NCBI RefSeq assembly: GCF_018350175.1 | Contig: NC_058368.1 | Coordinates: forward strand, 102,054,001-102,118,000 | Origin: Felis catus | Lineage: Eukaryota | Direction of reading: 5' to 3' | DNA: 64,000 bases | Part shown: piece after piece, positions 38,333-51,496 of the stretch | How the letters are laid out: each line of letters starts with the position of its first letter | Numbering within the stretch: position 1 is the stretch's first letter | The notes under the pieces: generated by a model | Told to the model about the DNA's origin: nothing | Seen by the model: only the letters and a program-made list of their open reading frames with translations | The model's database searches: none | Position numbers and translations under genes: made by a program

Positions 38333-38512
38333 GGGGCACCTGGGTGGCTGAGTCAGTTAAGTGTTCAATTCTCGATTCCCACTCAGGTCATGATCTCACG
38401 GCTCATGAGTTTGAGCCCCGAGTCAGCGCTCTGCGCTGACCGAATGGAGCCCCTTGGGATTCTCTGCTCTCTCCCTCCCAGTCTCTCTCTCTCTCTCTCT
38501 CTGCCCTTCCCC
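38333..38512 (+). mobile_element. Can-SINE, tail missing
   Basis: ggggcacctgggtggctgagtc head to (CT)n. Confidence 0.85.
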
Positions 38513-39039
38513 AGCAAACATTGTTCTTGTAAGAATCAGCTCAATGGCAGATCAATGACGACATTCAAGAGGGTCTCCCACATGGCTCTTAATGTGAGGT
38601 GCATATTTGAATTCATTTTTGGTCTTCTCTATCCACAGCATCTTAGTATGTATTCCACGCCGCCTCTAAGGCAGGCACACAGGTCTTTCGCTGTGCAACT
38701 CAGTTCGGCCACTCTGAAAACGTGCCAGGCTGTGTGAGATCCTCCCAGAGGCTCCTGAAATAAGTTGTGCCACACAGCCTATACTTTAATTGGCCGCTCT
38801 AAATGTACCTTTCAAATTCAGGAAAACTCCATGTCATGGTTCCAAGTGTTCTATAGCAGGCAACAAAGAGAGAGGAGCTAATAAGTTTTTATATAAAGAC
38901 CTCCCGTAAAGGGTCATCAGAGTTGACATCTGTTGGCTAGCGTGTCTTTCTTCCAAATGCACACCAAAGGAAGGTCAGGAATGTTTTCATAGTGATTCCT
39001 GCATTCCTTGACCAGTTGGAAGAATAGGTATAGTATCAA

Positions 39040-39201
39040 CCCAAATATTAGAATTAACTGGGCAATCCTATAAAAGCATAAAAGCCCAGATGCCTTCTCT
39101 GGAGATCTGGGCTCACTAGGTTTAGGGGTGAGACCAGGATAGCTGATTTTTTTGTCTATTCACTGGTAACAATGCTGCACAGCCAGGGCTGAGAAACACA
39201 G
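39040..39201. mobile_element. MER5-like hAT fossil
   Basis: ttagaattaactggg..taggtttaggggtgagaccagg..cagccagggctgagaaacac. Confidence 0.6.
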
Positions 39202-40190
39202 ACGGAGAATTCTTAAATTCCATTTAAACTCATCATTCATAGTCCCATGCTGTGTGTGGGCGGGACTCACCGCCACCTAGACAGAAAAGCTTTGATGGAG
39301 GGCGGTGAAGAAGGAAAGCGAAGCACACAAAACCTGGAATTTGACCCCAAAGCAGCTGGGGTCCCCATGGGACTCGACAGCCGAGTTCCCTGGGTTTCAG
39401 AGGGGTACAAGGAAGTCAAAGCTGCCGTGGATGGACTTAAAAGACAAATCAAAATAAAAGGGTCTAGACGTAGAAGACTTGTCTGCCAATTAATTCTGAA
39501 CACTCAGCCGTTCTGTTTAGTGCCTGGGTTGCTTACAGAACACTAACATACAGCAGAGCGAGGTTAAAGGCTGTGATGTGGTTGCCCCAAACTGAATCAG
39601 CTCTGAGGAAATACCATTCTGCTGCGAACCTTTAGAACATTTCACGTTCTTACGGAAACGACTGAGGACTCGGGAAGCTTCTTGGCAATGGCCATGCTGA
39701 TTATTTGGCTGTTAGTCGCCACAAGGGCCATGTGTGTTCTGTGTTAAATAACACATAGGCTCAGAATGTGACCCCATCTTTCAGTGACAACACTGATGTC
39801 CAGGAGCATTTACACCCCACGAGCACACATCAACTTGATGGCAGAGTCAGCACTGGGCCACTGACATCGGGTCCCCATTGGCTGTCACCCAGGGACGACT
39901 CCATCAAGGTGTGGTAGGCACATTCTGGGGCCAACAATAGTTTCAGGGCCCATGGAGATGCATTAATTTCTTTTAAAATCAGAAAAAGTAATTAAGTCCA
40001 AGAAGATGTCAGTATATTCATCTTTATGCCAATGCAGTTGTATAATTTAATTTTTTACATTTTTACAGAGGAAAGGGCTCATAAAGGCAGGAGTGCCTAG
40101 GACCTGTGAAAGTCACAAGGCAGACCTGGTTATATATGATCATGGCCAGCTACATAATTCGCAGGGTCCATATTCAAAACGAAAAACGGC

Positions 40191-40407
40191 AGGGTACCTG
40201 GGTGGGTCGGTCGTTTGAGCATCCGACTTTGGCTAAGTCATGAACTCGCCCTTCCCAAGTTCTAGTCCTGCATTGGCCTCTGCGCTGACGCTTAGAGACC
40301 AGAGCCTGCTTCAGGTTCTGTGTCTCCCTCTCTTTCTCTCTCTCTGCCCCTTCCCCACTCACACTCTCTCTCTTTCTCAAAAATAAACATTAAAAACTTT
40401 TTTTTTT
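40191..40407 (+). mobile_element. Can-SINE (diverged)
   Basis: Head, gagcctgcttcaggttctgtgtctccc, tail. Confidence 0.88.
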
Positions 40408-41090
40408 AATGGCAAGGGCCCATTGTTCAAAATACTGTGGATTTCAGCAAAGCATTAATGTAAGCCAGAGTTCAATTGCCCTTGTAAGTTGCCCAAGGGC
40501 ACTACGATATCGTTAGGAGCTACTATTTCCTGAGTTAAGACCAGCGTCTTCCGCTATGTTTCGCCTTATCTTTCCACATTTCCAATTCTCTTCTTCCTTC
40601 ACTCGACTCCTTCCACCAGAGGTGGCCAATGAGAAGACGAGAGTGCTGAAGAACTTTATGGCTGCTCTGAGCACTGGGCTGAGAAATTTCCTTCTCTTCA
40701 TGACTATCATTACTTTGATGATACCGTATGTTCCAGCCTGTCATTGGGCAGAGGCTCTTTTTCCCCTGCTCAACCACCAATGTAACATTTAGTGACCTTG
40801 AAAAATAAGCATTAAAGACACCGTACTTTATCTCAGCACATGTCACTGTCACCAGGTAAGGCCTTCCCCTTCCTTTTGCTTTGAAATATACCATGGCCGG
40901 GAAAGGAATCTCCGCTGTTAAACCTGCCTCAACACAAAGTCGGCGTTATTTATTTATGATGTTACATGAATCATCTGGACTTTCCCTGATAAGCCCTGGG
41001 TTGTGTGTCTTTCATTTCAGCTGACATTTCGCTGCCATTTGCCAGGCTAAGTAACTACTGTGCAATCACTCCGAGCTGATGCATGGTCAT

Positions 41091-41326
41091 TGTTTTGTAC
41101 AAAATGGATTTTTAAGTCAGCTGAAAGGCTTTGCGAAGAATATAATTTGACAAAGTAAATTTTTGCCCATATAACAGAAATCAGCCAGGGCTGCACCAAA
41201 TGTATTTTTTAAGATAGCTAAAAGGATTTCTGCACAGAGTTTGACAAAGTATTTTACTTTTGTGCACAAAGCAAAAATTGATTAGTTTTGAACAAAAAGG
41301 ATTTCTCAGGGCGCTGAAAGGCTTTT
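41091..41326 (+). repeat. Degenerate ~96-bp tandem repeat (~2.5 copies)
   Basis: gctgaaaggcttt 41120, gctaaaaggattt 41217, gctgaaaggcttt 41313; tttgacaaagta 41146 and 41240. Confidence 0.7.
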
Positions 41327-42256
41327 CTCTGGAATTAAATATATTCTTCTGCTTGCGGGATAAGATATTTGAAAGCAGTGTCTTTGAGAAGACAAATAGC
41401 TGTCAGTGGCATTTTTTTTTTTCAGGAACAAGTTAAAAGAATATACAGAAATGACATTTTCAACCACCTAAACCTGGTTTGGCTTCCGATGTCTTACCAC
41501 TCAGAGAAAGATGACCCATTTTTCAGCGTATGAAGCTTATTGCATGATTCATCGGCTTGTTTAATCCTGCCCCTAAATTGACAGAATCACTGGGTAGACA
41601 TTTCACTGAACACTTGTCCCCATTTCGTTTAACTACAGAAGACAAGAAATCTGAACAAAGTAGAAGGCATGAGTTTTCACTTAAATTGTTTAGCCGCGGG
41701 GAAATTTTGCTGACAACTGTCCCAAGATCCACAGTGCTTCTATCTGAGGAGGGGAGGGGATTTGGAAACGGGCGGCTTGCCTAAAAATGGATTCAGTTTT
41801 TTCCAGTACCATCGGTCTGCTGTCATGGAGAATTTTCTAGCTGGGAGATAAGTTCTACGACCTGCTTTTCCAATACATGGCGAGAGTTTTCTGCCCATAC
41901 ACGTGTCTGTACGTGTGTGTGTGTGTGTGTGTGCACGTGCGTGTTAGTACAAATGGAGTAACAGGAAGGACACAGTGTGGCCAGGAAACCAATCAAATTT
42001 TTGAGTAGTGACTGTTTCTTAAATCCAAAAAATGTATTTTGGAGTACACCTAAAAGTAGTAATTTGGGGGGGATATACCTTGAATATCCTTTACATGCTT
42101 TTATAATTCACTGGTGTAAATGTGGATCTTTTTTCCAGTTCAGTTTGTAGTCTCTGCATAAGATCACGACAGGGCAGAGTCAAATTATCTCTGTTCCTCA
42201 TTTCCCACTTATGCCATTCATATGGAAGCCAAAACTAAATTTTCTTCATTAAGAAT

Positions 42257-42462
42257 GGGGACACCTGGGTGGCTCCGTCAGTTGAGCGTGGGACTCTTGA
42301 TGTGGGCTCAGGTCATGATTCCAGGGTCGTGGGATCAAGCCCCACCTTGGCTGAAACTGTTTGGGATTTTCTCTCTCTCTCCCTCTGCCCCTAGCCAGCT
42401 CACATGTGGGCGTTCCCTCACGCTCCCTCTCTCTAAAAATTAAAAAAAAAATTAATTCAAAA
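42257..42462 (+). mobile_element. Can-SINE (older)
   Basis: ggggacacctgggtggctc head; aagaat TSD. Confidence 0.85.
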
Positions 42463-42500
42463 AAGAATAAATTGCTGACGCTTTAGAAATTATACCTATT

Positions 42501-42726
42501 GGGGCGCCTGGGTGGCGCAGTCGGTTAAGCGTCCGACTTCAGCCAGGTCACGATCTCGCGGTCCGTGAGTTCGAGCCCTGCGTCAGACTCTGGGCTGATG
42601 GCTCAGAGCCTGGAGCCTGTTTCGATTCTGTGTCTCCCTCTCTCTCTGCCCCTCCCCCGTTCATGCTCTGTCTCTCTCTGTCCCAAAAATAAATAAACGT
42701 TGGGAAAAAAAAAATTTTTTTTAAAA
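42501..42726 (+). mobile_element. Young Can-SINE
   Basis: TSD agaaattatacctatt 42485-42500 and 42727-42742. Confidence 0.97.
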
Positions 42727-43237
42727 AGAAATTATACCTATTATTATATATGTTATACCTACAAATTTAAGGACAGTTTATTTTCAACAGTTTCATTATT
42801 TAACAAGGCCATATCCATATTTATGAAACAGGCGTTGATTTGTTTACATTGCCATCAAAGACTATAATATGTAATCTTATTTTTGTCCTCTTTTCTTATT
42901 TAAAATCAAGGTAACTTAAGGCAAATAGAATCTTCTTATCAACAAGATGTTCTTTATCATGTTTTCTGAAAGCTATGATATTAAAAAAATAAGAAATGGG
43001 AATCAGGGGGTCAGCTTTTTTATTTTATTTTATTTTATTTTTTTATTTTATTTATCAAAAGGAGGACCACCCACCCACCCACATGCTCTCATACACGTAA
43101 TGATGGCTAAATTACTATGAGGGCTAAAGCTTGACAATGAACAGCAAAAGAACAATTTCTTAATGGCCCAAATGATCTGACTTACTATCAAAACAAAACA
43201 AAGTATAGCAAACTTACAGGATTTTGACTACCAAACT

Positions 43238-43304
43238 ATTTTTTTAAGTTTGTTTATTTAATTATCTTGAGAGAGAGAGCATGAGTGACGAAGGGGTAGA
43301 GACA

Positions 43305-43346
<42 letters not shown>

Positions 43347-43444
43347 CCCAAACAGGCTCCAAACTCTGCACTGAACCCAATGAGGGGCTCACGATGGTGA
43401 CATCAAGAGTCAGACGCTAAACCAACTGAGCTACCCAGGCACCC
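43238..43444 (-). mobile_element. Can-SINE with (GA)n expansion
   Basis: TSD gactaccaaact/gactaccaacct. Confidence 0.88.
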
Positions 43445-44286
43445 GGACTACCAACCTGTATTTTACAAAAAGACTAACACAACATGGCACATCATCTCAT
43501 GTCTTGACTAATGTCACACTGGGCCTTAACTATGTTGACGCACAATGAAGTCTGCAAGAGCAGTAGCTGTAGTCCGGGGCTCACCTTCACGAGGCCATTT
43601 CCCACGGACATGAAATCCAGGGTGGCCATTGACGAGTGATTCACCTTGTAGAGTAACTTTCTTGGTATGTGGTTCCTGGGTGGGTGAGGGTTCGTGACCC
43701 TGGGGACAACCACAGAATGACTGTGACATAACCAGCAGGCATAACCAGTTCCCTGAGTTCTGTGGGAGAACTGGTGGGGTAAGCGTCTTGCAAAGCAATA
43801 CCAAGCAGTTAAAGTTAAATGAGTATTTGACGCTATACTAATTTTGAGAGGGAGCTGGTAATACTAACCCTTCAAGCTGAAAAGGCAGAGAGATCACCAA
43901 GTATCTTTAGATGTTTCAGAAACAACAACCTAACAGCAACGTGAAAGTCAAATGAACTCATGAGAGCCCATAAGGAGCTGAACACGGAGAGAAACAGAGG
44001 AAAATCTAACTATCCAGGAGGGACTATGTCACGATGACAAATCATAGCATTTTCTTGGGAAATGGAGAATATAAAGCGTCTGAGTTGCCGAGGAATAAAC
44101 AGTCATGCAAATGCTAGATCATAACCATTGCTCACTCAGAAGTGGCAACTAACGTTAAGACAGTCGTGCTTCCGTGGAACCAGGACCTTCCCCACTCAAA
44201 CTCACCACCGCAAACCCCTTTAAAAAGTGCAGCTACTTTTAAAGGTGCGTTTAGCGAGAGACTTTCTTTGTAAGTCAGTCAAGTGA

Positions 44287-44498
44287 GGGGTCCCTGGGTG
44301 GCTCAGTCGGTTAAGCGTCCGACTTCGGCTCAGGTCATGATCTCACGGTCCGTGAGTTCGAGCCCCGCGTCGGGCTCTGTGCTGACAGTTCAGAGCCTGG
44401 AGCCCATTTCAGATTCTGTGTCTTCCTCTCTCTGCCCCTCCCCTGTTCATGCTCTCTCTCTGTCTCAAAAATAAATAAACGTTAAAAAAAAAAATTTA
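44287..44498 (+). mobile_element. Can-SINE
   Basis: TSD taagtcagtcaagtga 44271-44286 and 44499-44514. Confidence 0.96.
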
Positions 44499-45780
44499 TA
44501 AGTCAGTCAAGTGATTTTTTTTTTTCAGGGACGATACACTCCAGAGGGAGTGTGCATCACCACCTTCCAAAAACACTGACATTAACCCAGGTTTGCTCAA
44601 AGAGAATAGCCCTGATAAGTCTACAAACTCTACATAGCAGGGATGACAGGAAATAAATTTTCTGCCATGTCATCAAAATAGGGGCTAGAATCCAATGTAG
44701 CTGGATTTTAGGGAAAAAAAAAAAAAAAAAGCAGTTGGATATTTCCAGCACCTGAGCATCGCTCATGTATACCTATCATACCTACATCTTTAGGTGCCAA
44801 GCCCTTGCTGGGCCCCCTGATGAAAAAACCGAGACCCTGAGAAGCTGGTCAGATAACGTGGCAGAGCCAGGTTTCAAGTCCAGGTCTGGCTAACGCCAAA
44901 GGCTCCGTTCCTGACGTCTGCCTTATAACGTGGCAATCCCATTACTGACAGCATTGTACCCTTAGCCGAGTCATTTTTTTTCTTCTCTCTTTTGTGTACA
45001 CCTGTATTTATTCATCTAGAAGATGGTAACATTAATTCCACCTACATGGGATTTTGATTTGGAGAATTGAATAAGAAAACGCATGTAAAATATTTAGCCT
45101 GGTGCCTGGCACCGTGGAGTGGTGCCTACCTCTTAATTACCCCATTGTGATTTCGTGTCGGGCCAGGGGTTCCTGACCTGGATCCATACGTGAGCGTCAG
45201 CACGGCAGAAAAACCCATGAAGCCGAAACGGTTAAGTTGTGTCGATGTACAAATATGCATGCTTACAGTACGGGGTCAGATTAAATAGCTGGGCGGGCGC
45301 AGGGGGGGAGGGGGGGAGGGGGGCGGAGAGGGCGGAGACTGACCAAGAAAATGATAACCCACCCCCACCAGCAAAGGGTGTGATTTCACCGAGAAGAGAA
45401 GGCATGTACCCTTTGAGGAGGCCATGACAGTTAAAGAGACCCTCAGATCACTTTAAAACTCTGGTAACACCAAGAAGAACCTTCACAGAGCAACCATTGG
45501 TCAATTTCTTCACTTGAAAATCAGACCACTTCAGTTACGAATTAAAGAACCAATCACCTTCGAGACTAATACTTCACATTCCCTACATAAGATATTGAGG
45601 CTCAGTTGGTGAGATGCTGGATGCCCATTAAGCTTTATGTCTTTCCCAAATGGCCATTTTATAAAACTCCAGTTTTAAAAGGGGAAAAAAATGTTTCAGG
45701 AAAACCTCCCTTGCTTTTTCAAAGTTCTAAGAATACTAAATAGAATTGAGCTGTTAGTGGCAGCTTAGGTCACTGATTTT

Positions 45781-45814
45781 TTTAATTAGTTTTTTTGAGG
45801 TTTATGTATTTATT

Positions 45815-45873
<59 letters not shown>

Positions 45874-46033
45874 CAGCGCACAAGGGAGGTGCAGAGAGAG
45901 AGGGAGACAGAATCCCGAAGAGGCTCAGCACTGTCCGTGCAGAGCCCAATAAGAGGCTCGAATCCACAAACCGTGAGATCATGATCTGAGCCAAAACTGA
46001 GAGTCAGACACTCAAGTGACACCCAGGAGCCCC
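45781..46033 (-). mobile_element. Can-SINE with (TG)n(GA)n
   Basis: TSD taggtcactgatttt/taggccactgatttt. Confidence 0.9.
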
Positions 46034-46852
46034 TAGGCCACTGATTTTTATTGGGAAGTTGCAAAACAGTCACCTACCTTACTTTCCGCCCACACTGTGT
46101 TTTTAAAATCTGCAAATGGCACAGAAAACTCCAGATTTCTATCTTGCCTTCAAACCCTTGAACATCTGCCAATATGCCAACAACGGGTGGCCCCTTGTCA
46201 AGTGGCATTAAACGGTGTGACCTTACTAGGGAGCCTGCTTATCAATATATAGACCACAGTCCGCATCATTCTCTTACGGCCAACACTTTCTCATTTACAC
46301 CGCCTACCTGCCTTTGAGTCTGTGAACCCTGATGCAGAAACGGAGAAAGATTACAAAAGCAGCCATGCTTTTCCGATGTTGGAACGTGGTTCATCTATCT
46401 ACTGCCTCACGAACTGGACTGTCATACACGGAGGTTTAGGTGGCGTTCTGTGGAGGTGATTTAGTGCCCACATCTTGCCAGATTGACAGTGCAGGAAATA
46501 AGGTGCAGGATCTATGCGGCAGAAGCAAGACAGGTTAGGGAAGTATTGACAAATGAATTGGTTTTTCCTAGAATCCCCCACCTGTTTACCTAACAGCAAT
46601 GTAGATGATCATTAGGTAAACATTTCACCACTGACAGTAGAAAATAAATCTTGGACTTAGGTTTTATGTGCTTCCTTCCATAGAACGGGACTCTGATGGC
46701 ACCGAAGACTGAGCCTTTTCCTCCCAGCTCATTTATTCACTGAGCTCCCCTAAGTAAGAGGTACTGGGGAGAAAGTAGGAATAGAAAGTAGGAAGAGAAA
46801 GTTCGTGGAGCTTTCAGACTAGTGGAGGGGTCAAGGTGTGGTCCATTAGGCG

Positions 46853-46964
46853 CCTTTAGCCCTGATCAAGACCCCAGATACTACCCAAGCCACGGACATC
46901 ACCATTGTCCTTTAGCCCTGATCAAACCCCCAGATACTACCCGTGCCACAGACATCACCATTCT
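46853..46964 (+). repeat. 56-bp tandem duplication
   Basis: cctttagccctgatcaa..cccagatactaccc..gccac.gacatcaccatt at 46853 and 46909. Confidence 0.93.
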
Positions 46965-47288
46965 CCAATGTCCAACACCAATCCATGTTACTCACCATCC
47001 ACGTTAAAAATAACCAGAGTTGTTTTTAAATATGATTTTTCTAAACCACTTTGTGTTTTAAGTCTTTTGTCACAGCCCAGAATGAATCATCCTATCTCGG
47101 CCTGAAATGTCCTCCTCTATGAGGCTTCCTAGGTAACCACATCCCCTCAGTCCAATTTGCCACTCCTCTTCTGTATTCTGAAAGCAGTTTGACATGCCAG
47201 TTTGCTAGCTTTTACTATACTGTGTACAGTTACTTTCTTAAATGTCTCTCCTGCCAGCTTGTGTCCAATGTATCTGGAATGTTGAAAG

Positions 47289-47695
47289 GTAGTGGATTGA
47301 ATGATGCCTCCCCCACCCCCCAAAAAAGATATGTCCGCGCAGAACCTGTCCATGCGATCTTGTTGGGAGAAAGGGTCTTCGAAGATGCAATTAAGCGAAT
47401 CTCCAGATGACATCATCCTGGATTACCTGAGGGGGCCCTGAATCAACCGATGTGTTCTTATAAGAGACAAAGGAAGAGAAGACCACGCGAAGATAGAAGA
47501 AGAGACTGGAGTGTCATCAGTTACAACGCTGGAAGAGGCAAGGAGAGATTCCCCCCTACAGGCTTCAGAAAGTGCGGCTCTGTCGACATCCTCACGTCTC
47601 AACTCTGGCCTCCAGACCTGCGAGAGAATACATTTCTGGTGCTGTGAACCGCCCAGTTCGTGGCGATCTGTTATGGCAGCTCTAGGAAACTAACA
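47289..47695 (+). mobile_element. MLT1-type (MaLR) solo LTR
   Basis: gtagtggattgaatg..aaagatatgtcc..aagggtcttcgaagatgcaattaag..gttatggcagctctaggaaactaaca. Confidence 0.88.
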
Positions 47696-47832
47696 GAAGG
47701 TGGTTTCCAATACCTAGTCGCTTAAATCATTATTAATTTGATTAATAACTAATTTAGGGCTAAATTGTTCCCCAGTCCCGTGACTGCAAACCAAGAGAGG
47801 AAGCTACCAGCTCCTCAAAAGTAAGGATGGCA

Positions 47833-48047
47833 GGGGCGCCTGGGTGGCTTAGTTGGTTGTGTCCGACTTCGGCTCAGGTCATGATCTTGTGGTTCATTGG
47901 TTCTAGCCCTGCATCAGGCTCTGTGCGGCCAGCTCAGGGCCTGGAGCCTGCTTCGGTTTCTGTGTCTCCCTCTCTCTGCCCCTCCCCCCACTCACGCTCT
48001 GCCTCTATCTCTCAAAAACGAATAAACAGTAAAAAAAAATACAATAA
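47833..48047 (+). mobile_element. Can-SINE
   Basis: TSD taaggatggca 47822-47832 and 48048-48058. Confidence 0.93.
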
Positions 48048-48665
48048 TAAGGATGGCAAAATCTAATGGCTTAACCACAAAATCATAGGCTGTCCCTGAA
48101 GTTATTAACAACTGGAATATTCCTTCCTCCAACACCTTACAGAGGTATGTTAATGGAAAGTTGAGTACAATGAAAGGGAGACTCCTGGATTGGCTCTGCC
48201 AGTTCTTGGGGTCACTGTGCATTGGCTGGTGCCCCAAAGTTGATCCTCAAACTAGCAGCTACTCCTAATCCCTGAGAGGCCCAGGGAAGGTTTTCTTTAC
48301 GTGCTTATGCCTAAGAAAAACCACACCTGCAGAACCCATAACTACACATTTTGCGATACCTTTTTCAATGGCAAGGACCTCCTTTACCCCTCACCCCCCA
48401 GCCCCCACCCTGATGATGAGTCTACCTACTGAAATTAACATCTGGGTTCCAAACACATTCTTCACAAATATGTCACTTAGGAGACTGTGGAATTATTCGC
48501 CTATTAAGTTAAAGGGAAAAATAAGTTAAAATAGTGTATTCTTCTTAACACCACTTTTAAAAAGTTTAGGATAAAGATTAGAGAGACATAGGCGATGGCT
48601 GGAGGATAAAGGAACTGAAATCATAACCATAAATATTTCTAGGTAGTGAGAATGCTGGTTATACG

Positions 48666-48860
48666 TTTTTTAATGTTTTAATTTTTTTTAAAGAGAGAGA
48701 GTGAAAGGAGGGGAGGGGCAGAGAGAAAGAGGGAGAAGATCTGAAGCAGGTTGTGTGCTGATAGCAGACAGCCTGATGTGGGGCTCGAACTCACAAACTC
48801 ATGAGATTCATGACCTGTGTCAAAGTTGGAGGCTTAACCGACTGAGCCACCTGGGTACCC
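48666..48860 (-). mobile_element. Can-SINE (diverged)
   Basis: gggctcgaactcacaaac..gcttaaccgactgagccacctggg. Confidence 0.87.
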
Positions 48861-48892
48861 TACTTTTTTTTTAACTGTTCCATTTGTGTACT

Positions 48893-49113
48893 TTTTTTTT
48901 AAATTTTTTTAAATGTTTATTCATTTTTGAGAGAGAGAGACAGAATGCAGGTGGGTTAGGGACAGAGAGAGAGGGAGACACAGAATCCGAAGCAGGCTCC
49001 AGGCTCTGAGCTGTCCGCACAGAGCCCGACGCGGGGCTCGAACTCACGAGCTGTGAGATCATGACCTGAGCCGAAGTCGGACGCTCAACCGAGTGAGCCA
49101 CCCAGGCACCCCC
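48893..49113 (-). mobile_element. Can-SINE
   Basis: TSD catttgtgtactttttt/catttttgtactttttt. Confidence 0.93.
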
Positions 49114-49568
49114 ATTTTTGTACTTTTTAACTGACCACATTTTCTTTATTAGATTTTAAAAAAAACATACACTAGAAAATAATAAAACTGTAATAAAGAT
49201 GCTATATCGAGGATAAAACATGTTGAGTATTCAGAAGCAGAGATGAGCACTAATCCAGGAGATTAACATTTGCATGCAGGTTGCCCAGATTTGAATACAC
49301 AGATTTAGTACAGAGTGTAACATAGTATCAAGCCCATGAGGGAATGGACAGAAAAGGCGAGGCTACGGTTAGAAAATCAGGTTGTGGAAAGCAGACCTGA
49401 GCTAGACTTTGTGAAAATTCCCTAACCATTCCAATTAAGTAAGACAGTATACAAACATCACTTAGCACAACATCTGATACATAATAAGGGTCAAGGAAGT
49501 ATCAATAGTCTGTCAATTATCATCATATAGGTTATCAGTAGTTTAGATTGTCATAAAAATTAATTTCC

Positions 49569-50004
49569 GGGGCGCCTGGGTGGCGCAGTCGGTTAAGCCT
49601 CCGACTTCAGCCAGGTCACGATCTCGCGGTCCGTGAGTTCGAGCCCCGCGTCGGGCTCTGGGCTGATGGCTCGGAGCCTGGAGCTTGTTTCCGATTCTGT
49701 GTCTCCCTCTCTCTCTGACCCTCCCCCATTCATGCTCTGTCTCTCTCTGTCTCAAAAATAAATAAACGTTAAAAAAACAAAAAGAGGGGAGCCTGGGTGG
49801 CGCAGTTGGTTAAGCGTCCGACTTCAGCCAGGTCACGATCTCGCGGTCCGTGAGTTCGAGCCCCGCGTCAGGCTCTGGGCTGATGGCTCAGAGCCTGGAG
49901 CCTGTTTCTGATTCTGTGCCTCCCTCTCTCTCTGCCCCTCCCCCGTTCATGCGCTGTCTCTCTCTGTCCCAAAAATAAATAAACGTTGAAAAACAAAATT
50001 AAAA
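49569..50004 (+). mobile_element. Head-to-tail pair of young Can-SINEs (49569-~49784; 49786-~50000)
   Basis: Outer TSD aaaaattaatttcc 49555-49568 and 50005-50018. Confidence 0.96.
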
Positions 50005-51122
50005 AAAAATTAATTTCCAATGGATATTCCTTCATAGAACTAATCATTCATTTCATGCAAAGTTAAACAGAACACAATTGAGAAGCTAAATAATCTGAGG
50101 TTAAATATTCCCCTATTATTTCAGGGTAATTCACGCTGTGACTAACTTATATCCTTCAGTTCTTGCGAGTAAATATTTTCCAGCTGATCATATGATTACA
50201 TAATATTATAATTAATTAATTTTCGTATTTATGAGGAGAGCCTCTGGTTAGTTCTCTTACAATATTTAGCAAAAATTAGAGTTTTTTCACACGTCACGTC
50301 CATAGGATTGTTTAGCAAGGGGGAACTTTTGAGACTTTTTAAGGTAATCCATTTTCTAATTATACAAAGGAAGAAATACGACCTGATGTCCCCATAGCCG
50401 CCCAGCTAGATAGTGGTATGGAAGTCAGGCCTTGTATTCCCTTGACCAGCGAGATCTTTCCCTGGGCCATTCTAGTTAATCTCTGGCACAGAGGCAATCA
50501 ATGTATCCATTCTGCTTCCATAATACCAATAGGGTTGGGGCGCTGTCAAAGCAACTTCCTGGGACATGCTCGGACAAGGACATTACCTAAGTCAACCAAG
50601 TGAACAAGTGAATGGTGGGGGAGTGAATGGTGAATCCGCCAGAGGATTAGGTGAGTTTTTCTGATGCTTGATTGACTATCACTTGAGAGGATTAAGTGAG
50701 ATTAAATTATGAAAAGCTTCCTGAAACCCCTTGCTTTATTTTCATAGCACTGACAAATATGTCTTCCTTAATCACTCACGCTCTCTCTCCTTTTGTACAC
50801 CTACGCGGGACATGCTTGCCTACGGAATTTTGAAGATTTGTGAAATGTGAATTGCCCTGCAGCAATGATGGGGAGAATGGTGATACCATGATACTGCCTT
50901 CAACCATCCTCCCTCTTCTCCTTAGAATTATTCTTCGCAGGGTCAAACACCAAACCCTGGGAAAAAATGTGAAAACAATGGAACGTCATCAAAGGAATCA
51001 TATACCTTTCTAATTCCCAACATAGGTAAGAGGATGTTGGGAAGAATACTTCCTATTGCCTCATTATCAGGGAGCTGAGACGAGAGCTGAGGTCGAGAGA
51101 GCGTTTAGAACCCCACATTTTA

Positions 51123-51348
51123 GGGGCGCCTGGGTGGCGCAGTCGGTTGAGCGTCCGACGTCAGCCAGGTCACCATCTCGCGGTCCGGGAGTTCGAGCCC
51201 CGCGTCGGGCTCTCGGCTGATGGCTCGGAGCCTGGAGCCTGTTTCCGATTCTGTGTCTCCCTCTCTCTCTGCCCCTCCCCCGTTCGTGCTCTGTCTCTCT
51301 CTGTCCCAAAAATAAATAAACGTTGAAAAAAAATTTTTTTTAAAAAAA
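51123..51348 (+). mobile_element. Young Can-SINE
   Basis: TSD agaaccccacatttta/agaactccacatttta. Confidence 0.95.
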
Positions 51349-51496
51349 AGAACTCCACATTTTAAAGACAGGACCCCCAAAATGCTGCAAGACGAGTTCT
51401 CTGAGGCTTACAAAGAAGGGAGAAAAACTGTCATTAGTTCTAACAGCTATTACCCCGGTCCCTCACCTTACCCTTCCTCTTCCTCAAAAGCTGAGG

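Noticed and set aside
40513..40894. Overlapping ORFs and CTCF-like ccaccagaggtggc
   Set aside because: No recognisable protein; motif mismatches at core GGC positions.
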